Shown in pieces: positions 8,435 to 17,245 of a DNA stretch of 18,358 bases. Source of the stretch: Silvanigrellaceae bacterium (GTDB taxonomy: Bacteria > Bdellovibrionota_B > Oligoflexia > Silvanigrellales > Silvanigrellaceae). The notes under the pieces are model-generated. The model worked only from the letters and a program-made list of their open reading frames with translations. It was not told the origin of the DNA and did no database searches. The number at the start of each line of letters is the position of its first letter. Position 1 is the first letter of the stretch. A program made the position numbers and the translations under genes. The stretch is from positions 1-18,358 of the forward strand of contig JBMSQQ010000066.1 in assembly GCA_049423385.1 (NCBI GenBank). The letters run 5' to 3'.

Positions 8435-8953
8435 ATGAACACCACTCAGCACTCGATTCAGGAAGCAGGTAAAATGAGATCAGGCGCGGAAGCTGGCACG
8501 ATTGAGACGGTTCGTCTCGCACAGGAAGGTCGCACCATTGAAGGAGCCACCGCTTCTGATGGTAGCAGCGTGGACATTGACAGTTCAGTTGGTCTTCTTG
8601 AGCAACTCAACATGCCACCCGTGCCCGAGCACCTTCGTGCGATGCTCGAAGAAACTAGCCTTGAGCAATTGGTGTTCTGGAAGCTTCAAGGACTTTTCGA
8701 GCGCTTCGATGATGAAATTCCTGCAAACATCCTCAAGACGGTCCTTTCCCATGTTGAGCGTCCCCTGTTCGCTCTCGTGCTGAAGAAGACTCGTGGCAAC
8801 CAGTCAAAAGCAGCAGACGTGCTCGGTTGCAACCGCAACACTCTGCATCGCAAGTTGAAAGGCTTCAGCATTCAACCTCGCGATGTGCGCAAGGTTCTCA
8901 AGACACGCAACCGCAGAAGCATTGCTGACCTCCTGAACGAACTCGCTGACTGA
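8435..8953 (+). CDS. Fis-family helix-turn-helix DNA-binding protein with N- and C-terminal extensions
   Basis: NILKTVLSHVERPLFALVLKKTRGNQSKAADVLGCNRNTLHRKLK closely matches the Fis/HTH_8 C-terminal region. There is no AAA+ or receiver domain. GAGGA lies upstream of ATG8435. Confidence 0.88.
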   Translation: MNTTQHSIQEAGKMRSGAEAGTIETVRLAQEGRTIEGATASDGSSVDIDSSVGLLEQLNMPPVPEHLRAMLEETSLEQLVFWKLQGLFERFDDEIPANILKTVLSHVERPLFALVLKKTRGNQSKAADVLGCNRNTLHRKLKGFSIQPRDVRKVLKTRNRRSIADLLNELAD

Positions 8954-8973
8954 TTAAAAGCCCGGGTGGATTT

Positions 8974-10338
8974 ATGGCGCAGTCCGAGGAAAGACGTCCC
9001 AGAAGCGCTTTGAATCTCCCTCACTCGTTGGAAGCCGAGTCGGCTGTTATCGGCGCGATTCTGACCAACCCAAGCTCCGCCATTGAGCACACTGAAAAGC
9101 TCCTGGCGGAGTATTTTTTTGTCGAGTCACATCGTGTGATCATAGATGCCGCGCGGGAGCTTCTCTTTGAGGGCGTTCCGCCGGATCTGGTCAACGTTTA
9201 CGAGAAGCTGCGTTTTCACAACCGCCATTTGAACGTTGGCGACTTTGAAGGCTTGCGGCAATTTCTTCACTTCGGAGCCAATTCCGAGAACGTTGGTTAT
9301 TGGCTTGATGTCGTCAAGCGTTTTTGGGAATTGCGGCTCGTCGTTGAAAAATGTTCCGACATTGCGACCCGCGGAAGACGCGTGGCTGAAGCCAGCGTTG
9401 AGTCTTTTTTGGCAGAAGCCGAAGAGACGTTCATGCAGCTTGCGGCGGCACGTGGCCATACCGGACTCACTCCAGCTTCCGCAGTGGTTCGTGACACCAT
9501 CCAATCCCTCAGCGAGTTGATGAACAACCCAGGCGGAATGACAGGCGTACCGAGCGGGTTTTCCGATCTCGACACAATCACAGCCGGATTTCAGCCCAGT
9601 GACCTCATCATTCTTGCTGCCCGTCCTGCGATGGGAAAGACTGCGTTGGCGTTGAACTTCGCGCAAAATGCAGCCATCCTCGACAAGAAGAACGTTGCTG
9701 TTTTCAGTCTTGAAATGAGCAAGCATCAATTGATGCAGCGTATGCTTTCAACAGCTGCCCGCATTGAGGCTCATCGCTTCCGTGATGGCAAAATGTCGGC
9801 CGAGGAGCTCCACCGGCTTTATCCCGAAGCTGCAAATTTCAATACCGACAGGCTGATGATCGACGATACGCCAAGCATCAGTTTGCTTGATTTGCGCAGT
9901 CGCTGTCGACAAATGAAGCGCGAAAAAGGCTCTGTGGACATGGTGATCATTGACTATTTGCAGTTGATGACGGTGGGGACAAACCTGGGTGCCAAGGGTT
10001 CCCGCGAACGCGAAGTGGGTATGATTAGCCAAGGTCTGAAAGCTCTCGCGAAGGAACTCTCTTGCCCGGTCATTGCCTTGGCCCAGTTGAATCGAGGGCT
10101 TGAACAAAGGCCCGACAAGCGTCCACGTTCATCCGACCTTCGTGAATCAGGCTCAATTGAGCAGGATGCGGACCTGATCATGTTCATTTATCGTGATGAA
10201 TATTACCATGCAGATTCCCCCGACAAGGGTATTGCGGAAGTTATCATCGGCAAAAACAGACACGGCTCCACAGAAACAGTCAAGCTCGCATTTCAAGGCG
10301 AGTTCACAGCTTTTCACAACCTTGCGAAGAGTTACTAG
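8974..10338 (+). CDS. dnaB: Replicative DNA helicase DnaB
   Basis: N-terminal LPHSLEAESAVIGAIL, Walker A ARPAMGKT, FSLEMS, Walker B VIIDYLQL, ALAQLNR, SDLRESGSIEQDADLIMFIYRDEYY, KNRHG. At 454 aa it has no intein. Confidence 0.99.
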   Translation: MAQSEERRPRSALNLPHSLEAESAVIGAILTNPSSAIEHTEKLLAEYFFVESHRVIIDAARELLFEGVPPDLVNVYEKLRFHNRHLNVGDFEGLRQFLHFGANSENVGYWLDVVKRFWELRLVVEKCSDIATRGRRVAEASVESFLAEAEETFMQLAAARGHTGLTPASAVVRDTIQSLSELMNNPGGMTGVPSGFSDLDTITAGFQPSDLIILAARPAMGKTALALNFAQNAAILDKKNVAVFSLEMSKHQLMQRMLSTAARIEAHRFRDGKMSAEELHRLYPEAANFNTDRLMIDDTPSISLLDLRSRCRQMKREKGSVDMVIIDYLQLMTVGTNLGAKGSREREVGMISQGLKALAKELSCPVIALAQLNRGLEQRPDKRPRSSDLRESGSIEQDADLIMFIYRDEYYHADSPDKGIAEVIIGKNRHGSTETVKLAFQGEFTAFHNLAKSY

Positions 10339-12826
10339 CCGAATTCATCAAAAGCGATTCGATGCGTCCGAGGAGAAGTTTTCGGTCGACGGGTTTGGTG
10401 AGATGTTCGTTAAATCCCATCGCCAGGCTTCTTTCGCGGTCCTCGCGCATGGCATGTGCACTGAGTGCAATGATGGGCTTTTCGTAGCCTTTTCTGCGAA
10501 GATAAGAGACCGCTTCGTAGCCATCGAACTCGGGCATCTGGATGTCCATGACGACCAGGTCGAAATTGTTTTTGAGCGCGAGTTCGGCAGCAGTGCGGCC
10601 ATCCTCTGCATGTTGAACCAATGCCCCTGCGTGCGATAAAAACTTTTGAACAATAAGTCTGTTGTCTGGTGCGTCGTCGACAACCAATATGCTTGAACCA
10701 TCCAGGCGTGGATTCAGCTTGCGTGAACTTGAATTTTGAAGGCATTTGTCGTCGCAGTCGTTGTCGCTTGTCAGCTTGAGCTTACCCGTGGGGCCAATAT
10801 TGATGGATATTTCAAAGCAGCTTCCCTTGCCATTTTCGCTCCAAACAAGGCGAAGATCTCCGCCCAGCAGATTGGCAAGCTTGCGTGAAAGAACGAGTCC
10901 AAGTCCTGTTCCGCCAAACCTTCTCCGGGTCGAAGAGTCCGCCTGCACGAACGGTTGAAATAGCCTTGATTGTTGTTCGGGCAAAAGCCCTGGGCCAGAG
11001 TCTGAGATTTTCAGAATGAGACGAGAATCCGTTTCGTGCAGCTCGGTTGAAGTGTTTATGACTACCGTACCGCGATCGGTAAACTTTACGGCGTTTCCAA
11101 CAATGTTGATCAGGATCTGCCGGAATTTGGTTCCATCGGTCCTGATTGACCTTGGAATCAGTCCATTCCTTTCGATTGTAAGTGTTATTCCCTTTTCCTT
11201 CGCCTGTAGACTTAGAAGTGTTGTCACATCGTGTATGAATGGGAAAAGTTCGATTTCCTCTTCTTCGATTTCGAGTTTACCAGCCTCGACTTTGCTCAGG
11301 TCAAGAATTTCATCAATTATTTTTGTCAGCTGACGGCCGTTTCGAATGATTGCCTGAAGAGCCGCTTCTCGTTCCTCGTCTGAGTTCTGGAAATTTCCGA
11401 CCAGCTCTGCAAAGCCCATGATTGCTCCGAGCGGCGTCCGTATCTCGTGGCTCATGTTTGCCAGAAATTCACTTTTGGCTTTGTTCGCAGCGTCAGCCGC
11501 TTCCTTTGCATCCCTCAGCACCAGTTGCGCGTTTTTGGCCTCGGTGACGTCTTCTGCCACTCCGACAATCCTGTGAACACGGCCAGCAGAATCCCTTACA
11601 GCAAATGACTTGAAAGAAAGCCATTGCAAGACTCTGCCTGCCGAGTTGACGCGGAATTCAACAATCGAATCGTGTCCCAGGGTCAAATCGCTGATGAAGT
11701 TCCGTGCGATTGTCAGGTCTGCAGGATCCACGCGCCTGAGCACTTCAGAGAAAAACAAATCACCGGTTGAAGGATCTATGCCAAGGAGGGGTTTGAAAAC
11801 GGGACTGATGTAGACAAGTGAGGCAGCACGCACATCATAAATCCAGAAGGCTTCCTTGACGTTTTCGGCCAACTGTTCGAATCGTTTCTTCCATTCGTGA
11901 AGTTCGCGCTCTTCCCGCTTGTAATCGCTGACATTCCGAATCACCACGCAATAGTTTTTTGGCCAGTGCGATTCAGTTGGCAACGAAGTCACCAGGACAT
12001 GAGCCCAAAATCCCTGCCCAGACTTCTTAATCCGTCGAATGGTTTCCTCGTGGAAAGCCTTTTGATCAGCGAGGTCCAGTGATTGCAGGGTTTTTCCTGA
12101 AAGAAGTTCGGTTTTTGGACTCAGGATTGAGATGTGCTTCCCGCGCAGCTCATCCTCGCTGTATTCAAGGACGGATTCGACTGCTTCATTGCAGAATTGG
12201 ATAAATCCTTCCTCACACAGAACAAGCACAGCAGCATCGCGAATGCCACTCAGCAGTCGCTTGGCTCTCTGTTCCCGGTCTCTCAGCGCGTTGATAGCGG
12301 TTTGAAACAGCGTGACATCTTCACAGGTGCCGAGAATGAGTTTTTTGTTCAATGCAATGTTCGAAGTCTTCTCAATTGAGTTTTGAATCGGTGTCAGTTT
12401 CAACTGGACCCAGATCCAGGTGTTTCCCTCACCTTTCACGCGAAGACGTGATTCGAGCGTCATGCTTTTCAGTTCACTGATTCCATTGAACATGTCGAGA
12501 GCGATGGCGCCGTCCTGTGGGTGAATCCAATTCGGAACAGCGCCGCGTGAGAACACGACGGCGTCTTGTTTTGAATACCATCGAAACAGTTTTTTGCTGT
12601 TTGAATTCGACCAGAGGACATTCATGCCAGAATCAAATACAAATGATGCGAGCGGCAGTGCTTCGCCCCAACGCTGGAGTTCGCGGATGAGTTTGTCCTC
12701 GGATTTTCGATTCAATCGCGGAAGATGATCTGTCGACCACAGCTTTTTGAGCCACTTGAGTCCCGAAGTCGTGAGTCCGCCAACGACGACAGCAGTGGCG
12801 AGCGGGAAAATATGGTCAAAATTCAT
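10304..12826 (-). CDS. Hybrid sensor histidine kinase: N-terminal TM, about 3 PAS/PAC domains, HisKA, HATPase_c, receiver
   Basis: Hydrophobic N-terminus; PAS/PAC-type motifs (WIHPQD...WIWVQ; RRIKKSGQGFWAHV; RVDPAD...IVGVAEDVT). H-box FLANMSHEIRTPL, N-box NIVGNAVKFT, G1 DSGPG, G2 GGTGLGL. Receiver LVVDD...MDIQMP...TKP. Confidence 0.96.
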   Translation of the reverse strand: MNFDHIFPLATAVVVGGLTTSGLKWLKKLWSTDHLPRLNRKSEDKLIRELQRWGEALPLASFVFDSGMNVLWSNSNSKKLFRWYSKQDAVVFSRGAVPNWIHPQDGAIALDMFNGISELKSMTLESRLRVKGEGNTWIWVQLKLTPIQNSIEKTSNIALNKKLILGTCEDVTLFQTAINALRDREQRAKRLLSGIRDAAVLVLCEEGFIQFCNEAVESVLEYSEDELRGKHISILSPKTELLSGKTLQSLDLADQKAFHEETIRRIKKSGQGFWAHVLVTSLPTESHWPKNYCVVIRNVSDYKREERELHEWKKRFEQLAENVKEAFWIYDVRAASLVYISPVFKPLLGIDPSTGDLFFSEVLRRVDPADLTIARNFISDLTLGHDSIVEFRVNSAGRVLQWLSFKSFAVRDSAGRVHRIVGVAEDVTEAKNAQLVLRDAKEAADAANKAKSEFLANMSHEIRTPLGAIMGFAELVGNFQNSDEEREAALQAIIRNGRQLTKIIDEILDLSKVEAGKLEIEEEEIELFPFIHDVTTLLSLQAKEKGITLTIERNGLIPRSIRTDGTKFRQILINIVGNAVKFTDRGTVVINTSTELHETDSRLILKISDSGPGLLPEQQSRLFQPFVQADSSTRRRFGGTGLGLVLSRKLANLLGGDLRLVWSENGKGSCFEISINIGPTGKLKLTSDNDCDDKCLQNSSSRKLNPRLDGSSILVVDDAPDNRLIVQKFLSHAGALVQHAEDGRTAAELALKNNFDLVVMDIQMPEFDGYEAVSYLRRKGYEKPIIALSAHAMREDRERSLAMGFNEHLTKPVDRKLLLGRIESLLMNSASNSSQGCEKL

Positions 12827-12998
12827 ATGAATTTTACTCGGATGGATTGAATCAAGCGCACAAATCTCAGATTGCCGTCGCTAGCATGATGTGTCCTGGC
12901 AGGACAATGAATTTGGAATCACCCAACCAAAATCATACGGAAAGTAAAAACTTCACCCTATAGTTTAATTTGCTGGAAGTATTGGAAAAGTTGTTTTT

Positions 12999-15179
12999 TT
13001 GTCGGTTAACATCTCAGTTTTTCAGTTTTATTTCCGAACACCCTCGGGTCGGGTCATCAGAGTCACTCGACAAGGAGCGGACTTGCAGGAAAAGGTCGAA
13101 ATTATTTGGCTTTTCAGGCCCATGGGCGCACCCGTTGGAAAACGGTGCCTGCAGGGTATCACGCTTGAACTGCGTGATTGCAAGGAAGATCAATTCGACA
13201 GTTTTCTGGTCGGGTTGGCTGAAAAACTGGAATCAACGAGTCGGCTTTGTGTTCTCAGCCCCGAACAGTTTCTTCTGCATCAGGCGAGAATAGAGGAAGT
13301 TGCAAAGAACCCGAATTTGGCAGGAAAGCTTGCTGTTTTAGTGGTTGAGTCTTCCCAGCCAATGACAATTCGAATGCACAAACGGATTCATGCCAGCGAA
13401 AATCAACCCTGGATGATGGGCGTTCTGCGTCGGCCATACTCATTCAATGATCTCATCACAAGCGTTCAGAAAGCAATCAGCTTGATTGCGATTCTCTCGA
13501 GTCAGGCAGTCCTCAGTGGTTTGCTTGCCCAGCGGGAAACAGAGGCCAGTGCCATCAATGAAATCGGACTCGCCATGACAAGCCAATCGTCGGTGGACAG
13601 CATGGTCAGACTTGTTCTCGATAAGGCACTCGATTTGTGCTCTGCAGATGCCGGGTTTATCCTTCTGCGCGAAAATCTCGGCACAAATCAGCGGGAAGGA
13701 GTTCCGGACATTCGTCTGCTGAGAACTTCCGGTCATCGCTTTTTTCAGAAGGCCCGGGTCTGCAAGAGCCAAAACCTTAAATTGATGAGTGACTCACTGG
13801 ACCCGGCTCGGAACGCCACGATATCTTTCGTTTTGAACAATGGCACAGGAGTGGTCTGGGAATCGGGTTGGCCTGGGCCCGTTCCACAAAGTTCGTCCTT
13901 CACATCATTTGCCAACTCGCCGTTGCCCGAGCTTCACTTTGAGTTTGACAGCCGGACCTATGAAGTCAGGAGTTATTGTTTGTTTCCGCTCAAGACTCCG
14001 TCCGGCGAGGTCGTGGGATTTATTCTTCTTGTGAACAAGAAGACAAGCAAAAACGTGTACATTGACAATCTTGTTGACGTTGAAAAAAACGTTGATCCGT
14101 TCAACAAGCATGACCTTCATCTGCTTGAGGCATTGGCGGCGCAGGTGGGTGTATCGCTCGACCATGCGAGGTTGATTCAGGATTTGCGACGGGTATTTGA
14201 AAGTTTTGTTCAGGCCAGTGTTGTTGCCATTGAGTCGCGTGACCCATCCACAAAAGGCCACAGTGAACGCGTGGCAGTGCTCACTGTCGGTTTGGCGGAA
14301 GCAGTCAATGCCGAGAACCTGGGCCAGTACAGTTCTGTTTTTTTCAATGCCAGTCAGCTTTATGAAATCAAATATGCTGCGCTGTTGCATGACTTTGGCA
14401 AGATTGGCGTACGTGAAAATATTTTGCGCAAGGAACGAAAGCTGTACCACCATGAATTGATGGGTATCCAGGAGCGATTTCACAATCTGGAAAAGAGATT
14501 GAATCTCAAATGTCTCGAGGAGTACCTCGAACGCCTTATGAACAGGGGACAGATTCCAAGTCGCGAAGACATTGAACGCATTCAGCAGGATGTGCAGAAT
14601 ATTTCCAACAAGCTGAATCGCTACTGGGAAAATATTCTGGAGGCCAATGAACCCTCCATTGTCAGTTCGGATGATTTTCAGAAGATTCTTGAAATCGCTG
14701 CAATACAGTATCTGGGTCAGAACGAGAAAGTTTCCGATTTGCTTCTTCCCGGCGAGGTTGAAAAACTGACAATCAAGCGCGGCTCACTTTCAGATGCGGA
14801 ACGATTGGAAATCGAGAGCCACGTGACCCACTCGTTCAAGTTTCTTGTAAGCATTCCCTGGACTCAGGAGTTGGCCAATGTGCCGGATATCGTCTACGCC
14901 CACCATGAGCGTCTTGATGGAACCGGCTATCCTCGTCAACTTGTGGCCGACGAAATTCCCATTCAAGCAAAGATGATGGCCATCGCTGATGTCTATGATG
15001 CCTTGGTGGCAGTCGACAGACCCTACAAACTCGCACTTCCCCATGAACGGGCATTGAGCATCCTTGAAGGTGAAGTCTCGGACAACAAGCTGGATGCAGA
15101 GTTGTTCAGGCTTTTCGTTGAAGCACGGATTGGTGAACTGATTAAACCTCCGAATTCGGACAGTGATTCCGCAGCTTAA
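12999..15179 (+). CDS. GAF + HD-GYP domain cyclic di-nucleotide phosphodiesterase (start codon uncertain)
   Basis: GAF features (LDLCSADAGFIL, SYCLFPLKTPSGEVVGFILLVNKK, FNKHDLHLLEALAAQVGVSL). HD-GYP motifs AIESRDPSTKGHSERV, LLHDFGKIG, HHERLDGTGYP, AIADVYDAL..DRPYK. Confidence 0.93.
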   Translation: MSVNISVFQFYFRTPSGRVIRVTRQGADLQEKVEIIWLFRPMGAPVGKRCLQGITLELRDCKEDQFDSFLVGLAEKLESTSRLCVLSPEQFLLHQARIEEVAKNPNLAGKLAVLVVESSQPMTIRMHKRIHASENQPWMMGVLRRPYSFNDLITSVQKAISLIAILSSQAVLSGLLAQRETEASAINEIGLAMTSQSSVDSMVRLVLDKALDLCSADAGFILLRENLGTNQREGVPDIRLLRTSGHRFFQKARVCKSQNLKLMSDSLDPARNATISFVLNNGTGVVWESGWPGPVPQSSSFTSFANSPLPELHFEFDSRTYEVRSYCLFPLKTPSGEVVGFILLVNKKTSKNVYIDNLVDVEKNVDPFNKHDLHLLEALAAQVGVSLDHARLIQDLRRVFESFVQASVVAIESRDPSTKGHSERVAVLTVGLAEAVNAENLGQYSSVFFNASQLYEIKYAALLHDFGKIGVRENILRKERKLYHHELMGIQERFHNLEKRLNLKCLEEYLERLMNRGQIPSREDIERIQQDVQNISNKLNRYWENILEANEPSIVSSDDFQKILEIAAIQYLGQNEKVSDLLLPGEVEKLTIKRGSLSDAERLEIESHVTHSFKFLVSIPWTQELANVPDIVYAHHERLDGTGYPRQLVADEIPIQAKMMAIADVYDALVAVDRPYKLALPHERALSILEGEVSDNKLDAELFRLFVEARIGELIKPPNSDSDSAA

Positions 15180-15193
15180 TATTTCAATTCCAT

Positions 15194-15214
15194 AGCCGCT
15201 TTTTGCGGTTTTTT
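15194..15214 (+). terminator. Putative intrinsic terminator after the HD-GYP gene
   Basis: Hairpin AGCCGC-TTTTT-GCGGTT followed by a T run, 14 nt after the TAA stop. Confidence 0.55.
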
Positions 15215-15328
15215 GCTCTTGGCTTCAGAATAAAATTTGTGAATGTTCCTCGACTTTCGCCAGCATGACTTGCTCGAATGCGACGATTTTGTGACAATGC
15301 TGCTCGTCTTGCAGAAGTGGGAGATGCA

Positions 15329-16381
15329 ATGAGAAGCATTTTGACTCGTCGAAAAGCGCAGGTTTTCGTTTCATTGGGCTTGCTGATGTCCTCGGCAGCG
15401 ACAGCGATTGAAGCTCATCAGCGTGCTCCGGTGGGAGTGCTTGTCAAGGATCGTGAGCCTGCGTGTCAGTTCAATCCAACATTCGAATTCACGGAACCAC
15501 AATCCGTCGCATGGTCGAACGACAACATGGCCTCCGCAGCCTGGTTCGCCCGCGCGGTACAACTCGTTGATGAACTGAGAGCTCCCGCCTGGGAAAAACT
15601 GCCAGAGAGGCCACTTCGTGTTCGCGACTTCGTGCTCAAGAAATTTGGTTTGCACGGAACTTTGCTTGAATTTTCCGACAGGGCATTGATGCTCTACAGG
15701 GGAACCGAGGACGCGCTTGACTATGTTCTCAATGGAACATTTTTCACAACTTCGGGTGAGAAGTTCGGATTGCCGGGTTGGGTTCACAATGGTTTTCTTG
15801 TGAACTTTCTGATGACTTGGCCTGACGTTCACGAGGAACTCAAATCAATCGCTGCAAAAGGCAAATCCATTGTGTTTGCCTCCCACAGCCTTGGCGGTGT
15901 CTTGAGTCAGTACGCAGCTTGGTTGCTGGAAAACGAAGGAATTCGGGTTGGCAGGATTTATGCATTTCAGTCGCCCAATCCTGGTGATCTGGATTTCAAG
16001 AATGCATTCGAAAAAAGGTTTGCCGGGCGCGCTTCAAATACGATCTATGGCGAAGACGTAACTCCTCATATCCCTCCCATCCTGGAATCAACAGATGCAT
16101 TCGGCTCTTCCGTTCCAAAGCCGCTTTCCCAGGTCGTTGTTGGGCTGCTGAACAGGGCCCGCTACGGGACTCTCACGGAGCGTTTTGCAATCTCGGGTTC
16201 GGGTGCTCCTGTTGCAGTGCCAAATGCGGATGTGAACGATTCTGAAATCAGATTTTGGTCGAGTTATCTTTCGAAAAGCGGTGGAAAACCGTTTCCACTG
16301 GGTCTTGGCCCTGATTCTCCATTTGTTGCTGATCATGATATAGATAAAGTATTGTGTTCATTGGTGAAAAGTCTCGATTGA
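15329..16381 (+). CDS. Secreted class 3 lipase-like alpha/beta hydrolase
   Basis: GGGAGA RBS precedes ATG15329, followed by a basic/hydrophobic signal peptide ending around ATA. Lipase_3 motifs: YRGT, VHNGF, nucleophile elbow ASHSLGG, YAFQSPNPG, DVTPHIPP (Asp), DHDIDK (His). Confidence 0.88.
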   Translation: MRSILTRRKAQVFVSLGLLMSSAATAIEAHQRAPVGVLVKDREPACQFNPTFEFTEPQSVAWSNDNMASAAWFARAVQLVDELRAPAWEKLPERPLRVRDFVLKKFGLHGTLLEFSDRALMLYRGTEDALDYVLNGTFFTTSGEKFGLPGWVHNGFLVNFLMTWPDVHEELKSIAAKGKSIVFASHSLGGVLSQYAAWLLENEGIRVGRIYAFQSPNPGDLDFKNAFEKRFAGRASNTIYGEDVTPHIPPILESTDAFGSSVPKPLSQVVVGLLNRARYGTLTERFAISGSGAPVAVPNADVNDSEIRFWSSYLSKSGGKPFPLGLGPDSPFVADHDIDKVLCSLVKSLD

Positions 16382-16420
16382 TTCTGGCTGCCCGGAATCT
16401 CGCCGTTCCACAAGAGTTTC

Positions 16421-16448
16421 TCAAGCCTGCTGTCGTCCGAGCCGATAA
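16421..16448 (+). promoter_or_regulatory. Sigma-28 (FliA/SigD)-like promoter upstream of the SLT-like lipoprotein
   Basis: TCAAG (16421-16425), 15 nt, perfect GCCGATAA (16441-16448). It is intergenic and lies 27 nt upstream of ATG16476, with the RBS in between. Confidence 0.65.
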
Positions 16449-16475
16449 CCCGAGGGTGTATCCGAGGGGGTGTCG

Positions 16476-17204
16476 ATGTTGCGGAGTCCTTTCAAGTACG
16501 TTTTTGTTGCATTGGTCTGTTCTGCCTCTTTGATGTGGTCATGCAAGCCTGCAGGTTCAAATGGCAGTGAGTCCTCAACCACTGCGGCAGGTGTCGCTCA
16601 GCCGGTTGTCTGCGAATACAGTTGGGAGGAGCGGCCCGGTACCACTGACTACACCGCCTTTGACGAATATTCGCGGAGTCTCTATCCGAATGCCGATCGT
16701 CCCCAGAGTCAGACTTTGATTGGCAGCAAATCACAAATCCTGAAGTCTCTTTGCGAGCGTGCCCGGTTTTTGAAAAGTTGTTTCGACAAGGCAATTGTTC
16801 AGAATGGATCTGCCTCGGCTAAAATTTTCAAGGACTGGGCGGCACGGCATGGAGTTCATCCAGTGTTGGCATTGATGGCCAAGACAGAGCAGGAAACAAA
16901 AATGGGTTCGCTTCCTGATTCATGCCACGGAAGAACTTGCAATGGAATTGGTATTGGCCAAATCATAACTGCCATTGACGATCGTGGGAGAGTGCTGTCG
17001 AGCAATGACAAGCGATGGGAAGGGATCACTTTCAACGTTCTGACCAATTTGAACTATTCGGTGCGCGTGCTGGCCGACAAAACCGGATATTCCCGCAGTC
17101 TTTGGGATTTGGCGTTTCGCTACAATGGCAGTGGCTTTGCTCGCACGTATGCAGACAAGGTTGTTGGCTACTATGCGCAACTCAAGCAGTGTGGACTCTA
17201 TTAG
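16476..17204 (+). CDS. Lipoprotein with a C-terminal lysozyme-like/lytic transglycosylase (SLT-like) domain
   Basis: Lipobox-like MWS-C and GAGGGGG RBS. C-terminal motifs in SLT order: HGVHPVLALMAKTEQET (putative catalytic Glu), GIGIGQI, NLNYSVRVL, LAFRYNG, YADKV. Confidence 0.75.
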   Translation: MLRSPFKYVFVALVCSASLMWSCKPAGSNGSESSTTAAGVAQPVVCEYSWEERPGTTDYTAFDEYSRSLYPNADRPQSQTLIGSKSQILKSLCERARFLKSCFDKAIVQNGSASAKIFKDWAARHGVHPVLALMAKTEQETKMGSLPDSCHGRTCNGIGIGQIITAIDDRGRVLSSNDKRWEGITFNVLTNLNYSVRVLADKTGYSRSLWDLAFRYNGSGFARTYADKVVGYYAQLKQCGLY

Positions 17205-17245
17205 GCCTGTTTGAATGGAATGTTGATGATTTGGAGCAGCAAGAC

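Noticed and set aside
8974..10338. Intein in DnaB
   Set aside because: The protein is a normal 454 aa with contiguous helicase motifs and no insertion.
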